64,000 nucleotides of DNA from assembly GCA_019634835.1 (NCBI GenBank), contig JAHCAO010000006.1:46298-110297 (forward strand), given 5' to 3'. Position 1 is the first letter of the stretch. Every line of letters begins with the position of its first letter. The translations under genes and the position numbers were made by a program. Under the pieces are notes generated by a model. The model was not told where the DNA came from. It worked only from the letters and a program-made list of their open reading frames with translations, and searched no databases. Positions 8,979-21,800 of this stretch are shown in pieces. The DNA is from Gammaproteobacteria bacterium (GTDB lineage: Bacteria > Pseudomonadota > Gammaproteobacteria > DSM-16500).

Positions 8979-9308
8979 ATGTCATTTTTCAGAAACCATG
9001 CTCTCAGTGAATACACACTAATGAAGTTAACTTACATCAAGCAAAATACTGCTCCATTGGAATGGGAAGAGGAATTGGGATTTCGTAATCATGCCCTATT
9101 GTCACGTCCATTGAGTAAAGACACAGCAGAGAACATGCTTGCCAAAATTCATCAGACTGAACATCCTGATCATTTAAAAGCCTATAAAATCATCGCAACT
9201 AAAGATGACATGCAATTTAGAATACAAGTCAACTTAGATGGTATTAACCTTAAACTTTATGAACTAGAAAAAAGCCACGAGAACTCGTACAAAACATCAT
9301 TTTGCTAA
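8979..9308 (+). CDS. Hypothetical protein (orphan, 109 aa)
   Basis: ATG 8979 is preceded by AAGGA. The longer listed ORF (8892) starts inside the A2 arm. Contains an internal FRNHAL duplication. Its 3' end overlaps the uvrB 3' end by 12 nt (convergent). No family recognised. Confidence 0.35.
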   Translation: MSFFRNHALSEYTLMKLTYIKQNTAPLEWEEELGFRNHALLSRPLSKDTAENMLAKIHQTEHPDHLKAYKIIATKDDMQFRIQVNLDGINLKLYELEKSHENSYKTSFC

Positions 9309-11309
9309 CGATATCTCTTTCAGCTGATGAATAAGATCACGAACATGCGCCGCTTCTTCAAACTCCAAATTATGCGCATGCTCATACATTTGATTTTCAA
9401 GCTTTGTTATTTTGGCCGCCAGCGCTTCAGGCGTGAGTGACAAATAACTGGATTGGTCATCCGCGACTGCCGTCTTAGGGAAAAGACGGCCGCGCACGCT
9501 ATTTTCAGCATATGCCCCTTCCATGACATCATGAACTGCCTTTGAAATGCTGCGTGGAGTAATGCCATGCGTTTCATTGTAAGCTTGTTGCTTGGCCCGC
9601 CTACGATTTGTTTCTTTCAATGCTCGTTCTATTGACCCCGTGATACGGTCAGCATAAAGGATCGCTTTGCCATTAAAATGACGCGCCACCCGTCCAATAG
9701 TTTGAATCAATGATGTCTCTGAGCGTAAAAATCCTTCTTTATCTGCATCTAATATACCCACCAGAGACACTTCGGGAAGATCCAGTCCTTCACGTAATAA
9801 ATTAATACCCACTAAAACGTCAAATATACCTAAGCGCAAATCATGAATAATTTTTACACGCTCAACAGTTCCTACATCGGAATGTAAATATCGAACACGG
9901 ACGTTATGCTCTTCCAAGTACTCAGTCAAATCTTCTGCCATGCGCTTAGTCAGTGTTGTTACCAACACCCGTTCACCTATTGCCGCACGCTTATTTATCT
10001 CTGAAAGTAAATCATCCACTTGAGCCGCCACTGGCCGCACTTCTACTTCTGGATCCAGCAAACCAGTTGGACGCACGACTTGCTCTACAATCATCCCAGA
10101 GTGACTGATTTCATACTGGCTTGGGGTGGCAGACACATAAATCGTTTGCGGAGCACGCACTGAAAACTCATCAAAGCGCAGAGGCCTATTATCAAGCGCT
10201 GACGGCAGCCGGAAACCATATTCCACTAATGTTTCTTTACGCGAACGGTCACCACGATACATACCATTTAGTTGGGGGATAGTGACATGTGATTCATCAA
10301 TAATAAGTAATGAATCAGTTGGAAGATAATCAAACAACGTAGGTGGTGGCTCGCCTGGAGCATGTCCTGATAAATAACGAGAATAATTTTCAATTCCTTG
10401 GCAATAACCCAATTCTTTCATCAACTCTACATCATAAATAGTTCTTTGTTCTAAACGTTGAGCTTCAACCAATTTACTCAGTTTATATAGCTCTTCTAAT
10501 CGTGTACGTAAATCCGTTTTAATCTGATCGATGGCTTTTATTATTGTGTCACGCTGTGTGACATAATGCGTCTTAGGATAAATGGTAAGCCGGGGAACAC
10601 GCCGGATGATTTCACCTGTTAATGGATCAAAATAAGCTAAATTCTCTATCTCATCACCAAACAATTCGATACGCACTGCTTCACTATCTGATTCTGCTGG
10701 ATAAACATCGATAACATCGCCATGTACACGATAAGTTGCACGATGCAAATCCACATCATTTCGCGTGTATTGCAGCTCAGCTAAGCGACGCAAAATAAAC
10801 CGTTGGTCCACTTTATCTCCTCGATCCAGATGCATGACCATACTAAGATACATACGAGGATCACCCAAACCATAAATGGCAGATACAGTAGCGACAATAA
10901 TGGCATCACGCCTTTCGAGCAACGCTTTGGTCGCTGAGAGACGCATTTGCTCAATATGCTCATTAATAGAAGCATCTTTAGCTATGTAAGTATCAGAGGA
11001 AGGCACGTAAGCTTCTGGTTGATAATAATCATAATATGAAACAAAATATTCCACTGCATTTTTTGGAAAAAAATCTTTCATTTCACCATACAACTGTGCT
11101 GCAAGGGTTTTATTAGGCGCTAGTATTAATGTAGGACGTTTGATGGCTGTGATGACATTAGCTATGGTAAACGTCTTCCCTGATCCCGTCACTCCTAACA
11201 GGGTTTGGTACGCTAAGCCGTTATTTATGCCTGCAATCAGCTGTTTAATTGCTGCAGGCTGATCGCCAGAAGGTTGAAAATTAGAATGTAAATCAAAATG
11301 TTGTGGCAT
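9297..11309 (-). CDS. uvrB: Excinuclease ABC subunit B
   Basis: 670 aa. GVTGSGKT Walker A, DESH helicase motif II, beta-hairpin region, and a C-terminal UVR domain ([13 protein letters not shown]). Confidence 0.97.
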   Translation of the reverse strand: MPQHFDLHSNFQPSGDQPAAIKQLIAGINNGLAYQTLLGVTGSGKTFTIANVITAIKRPTLILAPNKTLAAQLYGEMKDFFPKNAVEYFVSYYDYYQPEAYVPSSDTYIAKDASINEHIEQMRLSATKALLERRDAIIVATVSAIYGLGDPRMYLSMVMHLDRGDKVDQRFILRRLAELQYTRNDVDLHRATYRVHGDVIDVYPAESDSEAVRIELFGDEIENLAYFDPLTGEIIRRVPRLTIYPKTHYVTQRDTIIKAIDQIKTDLRTRLEELYKLSKLVEAQRLEQRTIYDVELMKELGYCQGIENYSRYLSGHAPGEPPPTLFDYLPTDSLLIIDESHVTIPQLNGMYRGDRSRKETLVEYGFRLPSALDNRPLRFDEFSVRAPQTIYVSATPSQYEISHSGMIVEQVVRPTGLLDPEVEVRPVAAQVDDLLSEINKRAAIGERVLVTTLTKRMAEDLTEYLEEHNVRVRYLHSDVGTVERVKIIHDLRLGIFDVLVGINLLREGLDLPEVSLVGILDADKEGFLRSETSLIQTIGRVARHFNGKAILYADRITGSIERALKETNRRRAKQQAYNETHGITPRSISKAVHDVMEGAYAENSVRGRLFPKTAVADDQSSYLSLTPEALAAKITKLENQMYEHAHNLEFEEAAHVRDLIHQLKEISLAK

Positions 11310-11407
11310 AAAAATGATGCATTATAGCGTCGTAAACCTATAATTATTATAATTAAGGTGTGCCGCTTGTGAAAACTCGATTATCCGCCACTTGGAGCAA
11401 GATAACA

Positions 11408-12628
11408 ATGACAAATAATGAAGCAAAAAATCCAGCTCAGGAATTAGCGCAGCGTGTTCAGCGCATTAAACCATCTCCTACTCTTGCTGTATCAGCGCGC
11501 GCAGAAGAGTTACAAGCGAAGGGTCAACCTATTATCAATTTAAGCGTAGGTGAACCTGATTTTGATACTCCTCAGCATATTAAAGACGCCGCCATTAAAG
11601 CAATTCAAGACGGGCACACAAAATATACCGCTGTGGATGGTATCAAACCATTAAAGAAAGCGATTATTCATAAATTCTTTCATGAGAACCAATTAAATTA
11701 CAACCTAGATCAAATTCTGGTTTCATGCGGCGCTAAACATAGTATTTTTAATTTGTTTTCTGCCATTCTCAACCCTAGCGAAGAAATCATTATCCCTGCC
11801 CCCTATTGGGTCTCTTACCCAGACATGGCTAAATTGGCTGATGGTATACCGGTTATTGTCAACACGACTTTCTCACAACATTTTAAAATGTCGCCGGCGC
11901 AACTGAATGCTGCCATTACCGAAAAAACGCGTATCGTAATGTTAAATAGCCCATCTAATCCAACAGGCATGGCATATACCACAGATGAATTAAAAGCATT
12001 AGCAGAAGTGATTTTACCACACCCACAAATATTAGTTGCTACGGATGATATTTATGAACATAGCTTATGGAGCCAAACTTCATTTACAAACATACTCAAC
12101 GTATGTCCAGATTTATATGACCGCTGCATTGTTATCAATGGCGTATCAAAATCCTACGCGATGACGGGTTGGCGCATAGGTTATGCCGCTGGCCCGGCTA
12201 AAATTATTGGCGCCATGAAAAAAGCACAATCACAAAACACATCTAATCCCACTAGCATCGCTCAATATGCTGCATTAGCTGCATTAGAAGGTGATCAAAA
12301 TTGCCTCCAAGTGATGAGAAAAGCATATAAAGAGCGGCATGATTATTTACTCAGCGAATTTAAGCATATTTCAGGTATCCGCTATCTCCCTTCAGACGGA
12401 ACTTTTTACACTTTTCCTTCTGTTGAAGAGTTACTTAACCCAGAAACCGGAATGACCAATGATATAGAATTTGCTGAATTTATTTTATCCAAAGCAGAAG
12501 TAGCTATTATTCCTGGATCCGCTTTCGGTGCACCAGGCCATATCAGAATCAGTTATGCTACCAGCATGAAAAATCTTGTAGATTCCATCACACGAATAAA
12601 GAATGCGCTAGCAACAATATTCAAATAA
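11408..12628 (+). CDS. Class I pyridoxal-phosphate aminotransferase (aspartate aminotransferase-like)
   Basis: INLSVGEPDFDTP, NSPSNPTG and SKSYAMTGWRIGY (PLP-lysine motif). The start is taken at ATG 11408. The listed ORF begins at an upstream GTG (11360). Confidence 0.85.
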   Translation: MTNNEAKNPAQELAQRVQRIKPSPTLAVSARAEELQAKGQPIINLSVGEPDFDTPQHIKDAAIKAIQDGHTKYTAVDGIKPLKKAIIHKFFHENQLNYNLDQILVSCGAKHSIFNLFSAILNPSEEIIIPAPYWVSYPDMAKLADGIPVIVNTTFSQHFKMSPAQLNAAITEKTRIVMLNSPSNPTGMAYTTDELKALAEVILPHPQILVATDDIYEHSLWSQTSFTNILNVCPDLYDRCIVINGVSKSYAMTGWRIGYAAGPAKIIGAMKKAQSQNTSNPTSIAQYAALAALEGDQNCLQVMRKAYKERHDYLLSEFKHISGIRYLPSDGTFYTFPSVEELLNPETGMTNDIEFAEFILSKAEVAIIPGSAFGAPGHIRISYATSMKNLVDSITRIKNALATIFK

Positions 12629-12670
12629 AATACAATAAGATTTGTTTACCATTGCTTTTTCAAATTTCTA

Positions 12671-12699
12671 TTGACGATCGCACAAACGGATATTAGTAT
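12671..12699 (+). promoter_or_regulatory. Putative sigma70 promoter of tRNA-Asn
   Basis: TTGACG (12671-12676), 17-nt spacer, TAGTAT (12694-12699). It ends about 20 nt upstream of the tRNA 5' end. Confidence 0.4.
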
Positions 12700-12720
12700 G
12701 CTGATCACTTAGCGCTACAT

Positions 12721-12793
12721 TCCCCGGTAGCTCAGTCGGTAGAGCAAGTGGCTGTTAACCACTGGGTCGGCGGTTCGAGTCCGTCCCGGGGAG
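12721..12793 (+). tRNA. tRNA-Asn (anticodon GTT)
   Basis: Cloverleaf read by eye: acceptor TCCCCGG/CCGGGGA, D arm GTAGCTCAGTCGGTAGAGC, anticodon loop CTGTTAA, T arm GGCGGTTCGAGTCCGTC. CCA is not encoded. Confidence 0.93.
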
Positions 12794-12859
12794 TAGGTGT
12801 AAACATGCATTTATATCCCTCTCTGATGAACCAGGGTTTTAGTTTTGGGATGTGTAAAT

Positions 12860-13717
12860 ATGGATGGGCTGCGTCAAGCACTTACTCAAGAATCTCCTCT
12901 ACAAATTGTAGGCACAATAAACGCTTATGCCGCGTTGCTTGCTAAGCAAGCAGGGTTTCGCGCTATTTATCTTTCAGGTGCAGGCGTTGCAAATGCATCC
13001 TATGGAATGCCTGATTTAGGAATCACTAATCTCAGTGACGTGATAGAAGATGTTAACCGCATTACTTATGCTTGTGATTTACCACTTCTAGTCGATATCG
13101 ATACGGGTTGGGGTTCAGCGTTCAATATTGCTAGAACCATTAAATCCATGATCAAAGCAGGAGCATCTGGTGTTCATATAGAAGATCAAATCCAAACTAA
13201 ACGCTGTGGCCACCGCCCTAAAAAAGAAATCGTCGATATCAATGAAATGTGTGACCGCATTAAAGCAGCTATCGACGCAAAATATGATAATCGTTTTGTG
13301 TTAATGGCACGCACAGATGCACTCGCAATAGACGGATTAGATAAAACCATCGAGCGTATACAGCGATACATTGAAGCAGGCGCAGAAATGATTTTCTTTG
13401 AAGGCGCGACAAACCTTACACAATATCAAGCCGTCACCACAGCATGTAAAGTGCCAGTGCTAGCAAATATCACGGAATTTGGACTGACGCCTTTATATAC
13501 TAAAGAAGAATTACAGCAAGCAGGAATCCAACTGATTCTTTATCCATTAAGCGCATTTCGAGCCATGAATGCCGCTGCAGTCCATGTCTATGAAACTATA
13601 CGCACTCAAGGGACACAGCAATCTGTTACCGCTGAAATGCAAACCCGTGAGCAATTATATCATGTTTTAAATTATTACGATTACGAGCAAAAGTTAGATA
13701 ACTTGAAAAATAAATAG
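12860..13717 (+). CDS. prpB: 2-methylisocitrate lyase
   Basis: Collinear with E. coli PrpB: [31 protein letters not shown] and ANITEFG. ATG 12860 has GGGA 9 nt upstream. A TTG at 12845 is the alternative start. Confidence 0.9.
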   Translation: MDGLRQALTQESPLQIVGTINAYAALLAKQAGFRAIYLSGAGVANASYGMPDLGITNLSDVIEDVNRITYACDLPLLVDIDTGWGSAFNIARTIKSMIKAGASGVHIEDQIQTKRCGHRPKKEIVDINEMCDRIKAAIDAKYDNRFVLMARTDALAIDGLDKTIERIQRYIEAGAEMIFFEGATNLTQYQAVTTACKVPVLANITEFGLTPLYTKEELQQAGIQLILYPLSAFRAMNAAAVHVYETIRTQGTQQSVTAEMQTREQLYHVLNYYDYEQKLDNLKNK

Positions 13718-13742
13718 AATATTTGCAAAAGGAAAAAAATAG

Positions 13743-14885
13743 ATGACAGAAAAATCTGGAGGGTTACAAGGTATTATTGTTGGTGACACAGCGATATCCA
13801 CGGTAGGCAAAGAAGGAGTAGGCCTCACTTATAGAGGATACGATATTCACGATTTAGCAGCACACTCCACGTTTGAAGAAGTTGCTTACCTGCTAGTGTA
13901 TGGAGAATTACCTACCCTAGCTCAATTGCAAGCTTATCGCGAAAAACTGATAAAAATGCGCAGGCTACCCAATGAACTAAAACTGATACTTGAGATCATT
14001 CCTGGGTCTGTACATCCAATGGATGTGCTAAGAACGGGCATTTCCTTGTTAGGCACACTCGAGTCTGAAACTGCACAATATACTGGCCAACAAATTGCTG
14101 ATAGGCTAATTGCTTGCACACCTAGCATGCTACTCTACTGGTATCAATTCCACCGCAATAATATTCGTATTGAAACTTGGAATAGTGAAGAACAAACGGT
14201 GGCGGGTTACTTTTTGCATTTATTACACGGAAAGAAACCTGATGATGATCAACGCCAGGCAGTGGACGTATCATTAATTCTCTATGCTGAACATGAATTC
14301 AACGCATCCACATTTGCAGCCCGTGTCACCACATCAACTGAATCAGATTTTTACTCTGCTATTGTCTCTGCCATTGGTACATTACGTGGGCCATTGCACG
14401 GCGGCGCAAATGAAGAAGCCATGCAGTTAATCAGTAAATTTAAAACACCAGATCAGGCAAAAACTGGCATAAAAGAAATGCTGACACAAAAGATCAAAAT
14501 CATGGGATTCGGACACAGAGTGTATAAAATTTCTGATCCACGTTCTGACATTATCAAAACATGGTCTCAAAAACTCTCTACAACCGTACGGGACGGCTAT
14601 TTATTTGCGGTCTCGGAGCAAATAGAAAAAGTCATGTGGGATGAGAAAAAATTATTTCCAAATTTAGATTTTTACAGTGCAACGACATATCATTTCTGCA
14701 ACGTACCTACTCCATTATTCACTCCTCTATTCGTTATGTCACGCTTAAGCGGTTGGAGTGCACATATTTTTGAACAGCGTGCAAATAATCGTTTAATTAG
14801 ACCTGAAGCTAACTATATTGGCCCTGCACCACGTCCATTCACACCGATACAAGAACGAGGCTGGAACAATGGAATTTGTCGATGA
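13743..14885 (+). CDS. prpC: 2-methylcitrate synthase
   Basis: Citrate-synthase family motifs ([31 protein letters not shown]). Located between prpB and prpD. Confidence 0.9.
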   Translation: MTEKSGGLQGIIVGDTAISTVGKEGVGLTYRGYDIHDLAAHSTFEEVAYLLVYGELPTLAQLQAYREKLIKMRRLPNELKLILEIIPGSVHPMDVLRTGISLLGTLESETAQYTGQQIADRLIACTPSMLLYWYQFHRNNIRIETWNSEEQTVAGYFLHLLHGKKPDDDQRQAVDVSLILYAEHEFNASTFAARVTTSTESDFYSAIVSAIGTLRGPLHGGANEEAMQLISKFKTPDQAKTGIKEMLTQKIKIMGFGHRVYKISDPRSDIIKTWSQKLSTTVRDGYLFAVSEQIEKVMWDEKKLFPNLDFYSATTYHFCNVPTPLFTPLFVMSRLSGWSAHIFEQRANNRLIRPEANYIGPAPRPFTPIQERGWNNGICR

Positions 14886-16311
14886 AAACACACAGGCAGC
14901 ACCCGATGCTGAGTTAACAGCCATTGCTGATTATGTAACTCGCGATAATCTAGAAAGTGAGCTAGCATTCACTACCGCACGTTATTGCTTAATGGATGCT
15001 TTAGGATGCGCAATCCTAGCATTACAATACCCTGCTTGCGTAAAATTACTGGGTCCTATCATCCCAGGTACCGTTGTCCCAGTTGGAGCACGAGTACCAG
15101 GAACAAATTATATACTTGATCCTATTTTAGCCGCGTTTAACATCGGTACATTAATACGATGGTTGGATTTTAATGATACCTGGTTAGCAGCAGAGTGGGG
15201 TCATCCTTCTGATAACTTAGGCGCTATTTTAGCCTTAGCGGATTATGTCAGCCGGAAAAATATTTCTCATGGCAAACCACCTTTACTCATCAAAGATGTT
15301 TTAGCTGCTATGATCAAAGCACATGAAATTCAAGGGGTCCTGGCATTAGAAAATGGGTTTAACCGCTTAGGCTTTGACCATGTTATTTTAGTCAAAATTG
15401 CTTCCACCGCTGTAGGCACTTATCTTTTAGGCGGTTCTCATGAGCAAATTATAGATGCGTTGTCACAAGCATGGTTAGACGGCGCCGCATTAAGAACGTA
15501 TCGACATGCTCCGAATACCGGATCGCGAAAATCTTGGGCAGCAGGTGATGCCACCAGTCGTGCGGCTCGATTAGCCTGGTTGACTATGCAAGGCGAAATG
15601 GGTTACTCCAGCGCACTCACAGCAAAAAAATGGGGGTTTTATGACACTGTCATGAAAGGCCAATCATTAAAAGTTGCTAGGTCATTTGATACTTACGTAA
15701 TGGAAAATGTGTTATTTAAAATTTCATTTCCCGCTGAATTTCATGCACAAACAGCAGTTGAGTGCGCTATTATTTTGCATCCTCAGATTAAAAATAAAAT
15801 AGATCAAATTGAAAAAATTATTCTCACCACTCAAGAGTCTGCTGTGCGAATCATTAGTAAATCAGGCCCTCTGCATAATCCTGCTGATAGGGACCATTGT
15901 TTGCAATACATGGTTGCGGTTGCTCTTTTACAAGGTAATCTTAAAGCAGATTATTATGAGGATGCGTTTGCCTCTTCTCATCCCGCTATTGATAAACTCC
16001 GCAATAAAATGATCGTTGAAGAAGATAAGCAGTTTTCTAAAGATTATTTAGACCCAGATAAACGATCTATTGCAAATGCAATTCAAATTTATTTTGAAGA
16101 TGGAACACATACCGACAAAATAATCATTGAGTATCCCGTCGGACATCGGCGGCGGCGTGAAGAAGGTATTCCCTTGATGTATAAAAAATTCGAGGAAAAT
16201 GCTTCTACCCATTATTCACCAGAAACAGTTCAGAAAATGCTGGCGTTATTCCACGACAAAAACACTCTTGAAAGCATGCCTGTTAATGAGTTCATGGATT
16301 TATACCCGTAA
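14869..16311 (+). CDS. prpD: 2-methylcitrate dehydratase
   Basis: Near full-length similarity to E. coli PrpD: [60 protein letters not shown] and [15 protein letters not shown] 14869 overlaps the prpC end by 17 nt. Confidence 0.9.
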   Translation: MEFVDENTQAAPDAELTAIADYVTRDNLESELAFTTARYCLMDALGCAILALQYPACVKLLGPIIPGTVVPVGARVPGTNYILDPILAAFNIGTLIRWLDFNDTWLAAEWGHPSDNLGAILALADYVSRKNISHGKPPLLIKDVLAAMIKAHEIQGVLALENGFNRLGFDHVILVKIASTAVGTYLLGGSHEQIIDALSQAWLDGAALRTYRHAPNTGSRKSWAAGDATSRAARLAWLTMQGEMGYSSALTAKKWGFYDTVMKGQSLKVARSFDTYVMENVLFKISFPAEFHAQTAVECAIILHPQIKNKIDQIEKIILTTQESAVRIISKSGPLHNPADRDHCLQYMVAVALLQGNLKADYYEDAFASSHPAIDKLRNKMIVEEDKQFSKDYLDPDKRSIANAIQIYFEDGTHTDKIIIEYPVGHRRRREEGIPLMYKKFEENASTHYSPETVQKMLALFHDKNTLESMPVNEFMDLYP

Positions 16312-16376
16312 GTAGGTCAATGTCCGGTAATAGGGCCTGTTTAATAATTAGATTCTCAACAGACCCTCATTTCCAT

Positions 16377-17009
16377 TTATTGACTGGTGCTATTAGTCAT
16401 ATTTTTAACTGAGTCAGTTACTTCTTGTATTGCAGGAGCAAATGTAGATTTAAGATCCGATAATGCTGGTGAAACTATATTGCCTAACCATACTACTTGC
16501 GGCTGAAACTTCGGCACATACTGAGAATGCTGCCACCATGGTTGTGATGCAAGAGGAGATAATTGGACAAGGAAAATAAGAACAAGATTAATCAGGTAAC
16601 CGCGGAAAAACCCAAATATACCACCGAATATACGATTACCAAATCCTAGTATGCCTCTTTGAAACATAAGATTCAGAAGCGCTTTAATAATGCCGCCCAC
16701 AATGACGGTAGCAGCAAATAAAATACCAAAACTTATGCCTAAAGCCATGTAAGAAATGGGTTGAGCGGTACTAGTACCAACAGCCGTAGTCGTAGAATTC
16801 ACTACTTCTTGTACCATCGTTGTGCTAGTGAAATAAGCCGCCAGGGTATTAGTAAACATAATTGCAACGACAAACGCAGCAATTAAGGTTAAAAGAGAAA
16901 GTGCTTCACTGATAAATCCACGACCAAATCCAATGAGAATTGACACAAAGAAGATAACTAGAATGGCGATATCAACAACATTCAATGTTCCTAAATCCAT
17001 CGTACCCAT
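16377..17009 (-). CDS. cvpA: CvpA-family membrane protein
   Basis: 210 aa with 4-5 TM segments. The N-terminus NVVDIAILVIFFVSILIGFGRGFISEALSL is typical of CvpA. Confidence 0.8.
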   Translation of the reverse strand: MGTMDLGTLNVVDIAILVIFFVSILIGFGRGFISEALSLLTLIAAFVVAIMFTNTLAAYFTSTTMVQEVVNSTTTAVGTSTAQPISYMALGISFGILFAATVIVGGIIKALLNLMFQRGILGFGNRIFGGIFGFFRGYLINLVLIFLVQLSPLASQPWWQHSQYVPKFQPQVVWLGNIVSPALSDLKSTFAPAIQEVTDSVKNMTNSTSQ

Positions 17010-17166
17010 AGCGAATCCTTACTAATAGTGTATTGTATAAGTACATTATAACAAGACTAATAGAAAGAGACAGAGAAAACAGTCAGCACCATACAACTCA
17101 TTCCAAAAGCTGAAATATTGAGCATATCTCTACGCAAGCTGAGATGTTTGCATAAAAAATTGGCAA

Positions 17167-17937
17167 TTATGCACAAAATTCTGTGGAAACAGTAGACGCC
17201 TTAATGATTTGGTCAGGGACATCACTAAATACCGCATCCACTCCCCAAGAATAAAGCTCTTCAGCACGAGACACATCATTGACTGTATAACAAAGCAAAA
17301 GTTTACCCATCCCTTTAATCTTACGCGCCATATCTGCAGTCATAATCTCATGGTTAACATGCACAGAAACACAATTTATCGATTGACAAATTTCTTGCCA
17401 GTCCGGCTCCCATTCATGCAGCAGCATACCTATTTGGCAATCTGGAGAATACTGGCGTAGAAACTGTAATGCTTGTATTGAAAAACTGGAAAATATAAAA
17501 AAATCATTTGAGCTAGATAAATAAGCTGACATTTTTTCTAACGTACATTTCACTAAGCTTTCTTCCTTGCCAGGAAATGCTTTAATTTCAATGTTTGCTG
17601 ACATCTGCATATTTTGAAGAAATTCAATCACAGCCAATAATGTTGGTATACGCTCTCCAGAAAAAACAGGATCAAACCAAGAACCTGCGTCCAACAAACA
17701 TAAGTAAGAATAAGAATAAGACCTCAAGTCACCCTGTCCATTTGATGTCCTGTCTAATGTGTCGTCATGGAAAACCACTACTTCACCACATTTCGCCTGC
17801 ATGACATCAAATTCAACCCATTTCACGCCTAATTGTGCTGCTTTAATAAATGAAGCCATTGTATTTTCAGGAGCATAAGCACAAGCTCCTCTATGCCCCA
17901 CTACAGATGTGTTCAAAACAACAGGTGTTTTCATCAA
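17167..17937 (-). CDS. ugpQ: Glycerophosphodiester phosphodiesterase (cytoplasmic type)
   Basis: HRGACAYAPENT and WVEFDVMQAKCGEVVVFHDDTLDRTSNG GDPD motifs. No signal peptide. Confidence 0.85.
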   Translation of the reverse strand: MMKTPVVLNTSVVGHRGACAYAPENTMASFIKAAQLGVKWVEFDVMQAKCGEVVVFHDDTLDRTSNGQGDLRSYSYSYLCLLDAGSWFDPVFSGERIPTLLAVIEFLQNMQMSANIEIKAFPGKEESLVKCTLEKMSAYLSSSNDFFIFSSFSIQALQFLRQYSPDCQIGMLLHEWEPDWQEICQSINCVSVHVNHEIMTADMARKIKGMGKLLLCYTVNDVSRAEELYSWGVDAVFSDVPDQIIKASTVSTEFCA

Positions 17938-18021
17938 TATTTCTCACTTTTATTTACAATCTATGCACGACCAAGCGATTGATAGGCATTCTACCGAAGC
18001 AGGTATGCTTGAACAATCACT

Positions 18022-18726
18022 CTACTCACGCAACTTTTGCATCACCATCTCTGGTATTGAAGCGACTACAACAATGGCCTGTAATTGAACTTTATTTCCC
18101 ACTGAGACAGGCGAAATAGAAGCACTCAGTGCAGTTTTTTCCATATGCATGCTTGCTGCCATTGGCATAGGAGAAATAGGCTGTGATACAAAATCTATGC
18201 TATATAAGTAATATTTTTGATCCGGATAAATTTTATTAAGCGTATCAATTTCCGCTTTGGCCTGTAAATATAAATTACTTCTCAAGGTAGTATTAGCTTG
18301 TCTTATTTCTTCATCACTCGGTATAAATTGAACATTCTCAATTGTAAAAGTCTCTCCTGGTTTGCTAATAGCTTTGGCTTTATCACGCAAACCAGCAAGA
18401 TCCGTTTGAGGCAATCTTGCTTGAGCCATAATACGAATATTTTCTAATCCCGATTGATCTAGTTGACGATTAAATGAAACAACATGCCATTCACCTTTAT
18501 CTGAAAGTTGTTTTAGCTTATTTAATACATCAGCTTGTATATTACTTATCCCTTGATCAGTCACGGCAGCATTAACGGTAACTGACACAAGAGCGGTTTT
18601 TGTTGTCACCCATTGTTCAGTTTGTAGTTGCAACGTCACTTTATTCAATAATGGTCCTAAATCTACATTCGCCCACACTGGAAGTGAAAATAAAAAGCTC
18701 AAAACAAATACACAGAATTTCTTCAT
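18022..18726 (-). CDS. Secreted SIMPL/DUF541-like protein
   Basis: Signal peptide MKKFCVFVLSFLFSLPVWA after a GGAGG SD. The C-terminal half is organised like E. coli YggE. Weak call made by eye. Confidence 0.55.
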   Translation of the reverse strand: MKKFCVFVLSFLFSLPVWANVDLGPLLNKVTLQLQTEQWVTTKTALVSVTVNAAVTDQGISNIQADVLNKLKQLSDKGEWHVVSFNRQLDQSGLENIRIMAQARLPQTDLAGLRDKAKAISKPGETFTIENVQFIPSDEEIRQANTTLRSNLYLQAKAEIDTLNKIYPDQKYYLYSIDFVSQPISPMPMAASMHMEKTALSASISPVSVGNKVQLQAIVVVASIPEMVMQKLRE

Positions 18727-18876
18727 GAATTTAACCTCCCCGTTAAGCTGATACAATTAACACCATTCATTATTATTTTATGCAAGTTACTTATAGACTG
18801 CTATCAATTCCTTTGTTAGAGTATGGGACGTTTTTCCTAATTAGCTGTTTAATAGCATATTGTAAAAAAACCCCGC

Positions 18877-21800
18877 ATGAAAACTATACCAACTAAAAAT
18901 ATACAAAATAGCCATCTCTTTTGTCCTCCGCTGCCGCAGAATAATGGCGATCAAGTGGTTTGGAAAAACCTTCATGGTGCTAGCACTAGCCTAGCATTGA
19001 GTTCAATCATAGCGGAATGCAATCAGCCTTTGTTCATTATTGCGCCAGACAATTTATATGTTTCTCATTTGATTGATGAATTACAATTTTTTAGTGGCAT
19101 GAAAGAAATTGTCATTTTTCCTGATTGGGAAACACTGCCATACGATCATTTCTCGCCACACCAAGACATTATTTCTGACCGGCTGTCCGCGCTTTATCAA
19201 ATTTCTACACTACCGTATGGCGCTATCATCACCACTGTTTCCACTCTCATGCATAGAGTAGCACCTAGGACTTTCCTAGAAAAACACAGTTTTTTACTAA
19301 AAATTGGCGATCACTTAAACATCGACCAATTGAGAACACGATTAAGTGAGAACGGCTATCACTATGTCAGTCAAGTACGTGAACACGGCGAATTTGCTAT
19401 TCGTGGTTCTATTATTGATTTATATCCGATGGGAACCAATACACCTTATCGAATAGATTTGTTTGATAATGAAGTAGAAACCATCCGTTTATTTTCTCCT
19501 GACACACAACGTTCTCTAGAAAAAATCCATCAAATTCGCTTGCTGCCAGCAAAAGAATTCCCTTTAACTAGCGATGCCATTGAAATCTTTCGTCAAGCTT
19601 GGCGCAGCCAATTTAACGGCAACCCATTAAGATCACCTACCTATCAAGACATTAGCGAGGGTATTTGTTCACCTGGAATTGAATATTATTTACCCTTATT
19701 TTTTGAAAAAACAGCCACATTATTTGATTATCTTCCTAAAAATACATTAATTGCCACCATTGGCGATACGCAAGCAAAAGCCAATGAATTTTGGCAAGAA
19801 ATTAATGCTCGTTTCAATCAAGGACGTTACGATATTTCACGGCCATTACTTGCACCACAACAAGCATTCCTCCCTGTGGATGTCATGAACCAATTTTTAC
19901 ATCAATATTCTAATATACAAATTAACAATGAAAACAAAAAACATGGCCATGAATTTGCTACACACCCAGTTCCATCGATGGACATCAATCATAAAGCGAC
20001 ACAACCATTAACACCATTACAACAATTTACCGCTGAATATACCGGTAGAATTTTATTCTGCGTCGAGACACTAGGACGACGCGAAGTCATTTTACAATTA
20101 TTCAAGAGCATTGCATTAAAGCCAAAGTATTTCACTTCATGGAACGAATTTTTAACCAGCGATGCTCGTTACGGAATTGTAGTCACTACACTAGAAGAAG
20201 GATTTTCCATTGAGAACCCCAAGTTAACCATACTGCCAGAAACACAATTATACGGTAACCGCGTCATGCAGCGGCGTTTACGTAAAAAAAGCATTCAAGA
20301 TCCTGACACACTGATCCGTGATCTCACTGAATTACAACTCAATGATCCCGTTGTACATATTGATCATGGGATTGGTCGCTATCTTGGTTTACAAACATTA
20401 AAGGTAGGGGATCAAGTTGGCGAGTTTCTCACGCTCGAATATCAAGGTAAAGATAAATTATATGTGCCAGTTGCATCTTTACATCTTATTAGTCGCTATA
20501 CTGGAGGCAATCCGGAACACATACCCATTAACAAACTCGGCACCGACTTATGGTCACGTACAAAACGCCGTGCGGTAGAAAAGATACGTGATGTTGCTGC
20601 TGAATTATTAGATCTTTATGCAAAACGTGCAGCGGGCCATGGACACACTTATGAGCTGCCTAAAGAACAATATGCCACATTTGCAACAGCATTTCCATTT
20701 GAAGAAACACCCGATCAATTACAAGCCATTGATCAAGTCTTTGCAGACATGACTTCTGATAAGCCCATGGATAGAGTTATTTGTGGTGATGTAGGATTTG
20801 GCAAAACTGAAGTTGCCTTGCGAGCCGCATTTCTTGCTATTCAAAATAATAAACAAGTTGTACTGCTGGTTCCAACCACACTGTTAGCACAACAGCACTT
20901 TGAAAATTTTCGCAATCGCTTCGCTGAATGGCCTATTCAAGTTGAAATGCTATCCCGTTTTCGCACTAGTAAAGAAACCAAGCATATTATGCAGCGCATG
21001 GAAGACGGAAAAGTGGACATCGTGATTGGCACACACAAATTATTGCAAGATGACATCAAGTTCAAATCTTTAGGCTTGATGATTATTGATGAAGAACATC
21101 GTTTTGGTGTAAAACAAAAAGAAAAACTGAAAGCATTACGTGCTATGGTCGATATACTCACGCTCACTGCGACTCCCATACCTCGTACGTTAAATATGGC
21201 GTTAGCTGGAATTCGCGACCTATCTGTTATTGCAACACCACCCTTACGCCGATTATCAGTTAAAACCTTTGTTCACGAGTATCAAGATCAGATTATTAAA
21301 GAAGCCATACAACGTGAAATCATGCGCGGTGGCCAAGTTTATTTTCTACATAATGATGTCAGTACCATTAATAAAAAAGCTGATGAAGTTAAAGCTTTAG
21401 TTCACGAAGCAAGGCCTTTGATTGCACATGGTCAAATGCACGAACGTGAGCTAGAACGAGCCATGTCTGAATTCTACCACCGTCATGCAAATGTTTTAGT
21501 ATGCTCTACGATCATTGAAAGTGGTATCGATATACCTACAGCGAATACTATCATTATCAACCGCGCAGACAAGTTTGGGCTAGCACAATTACACCAATTA
21601 CGTGGCCGTGTAGGACGATCACACCATCAAGCCTATGCCTATTTATTAACTCCTCCCAAACATACCATGACGGATGATGCTATTAAGCGCTTGGGGGCGA
21701 TTGCATCACTCGATGACCTTGGTATTGGATTTACACTGGCAACGCACGATTTAGAAATTCGCGGCGCGGGTGAGCTGCTAGGTGAAGAACAAAGCGGCAA

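Noticed and set aside
12748-12945. 65-aa plus-strand ORF.
   Set aside because: It starts inside tRNA-Asn and overlaps the prpB start out of frame. It is an artefact.
14818-14868. N-terminal extension of prpD, with similar upstream extensions of serC (32992..33042), fumC (35471..35485), pepN (38145..38162), bamD (43856..43885), gph-like (38942..39070) and aspartate aminotransferase (11360..11407).
   Set aside because: In each case homology to the family begins at a downstream Met that has an SD and/or abuts the preceding gene's stop. The extensions overlap neighbouring genes.
12721-16311. prpBCD directly downstream of tRNA-Asn, as a possible tRNA-targeted genomic island.
   Set aside because: There is no integrase, no repeat of the tRNA 3' end and no mobility genes, and the genes are ordinary central metabolism. 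Adjacency alone is insufficient.
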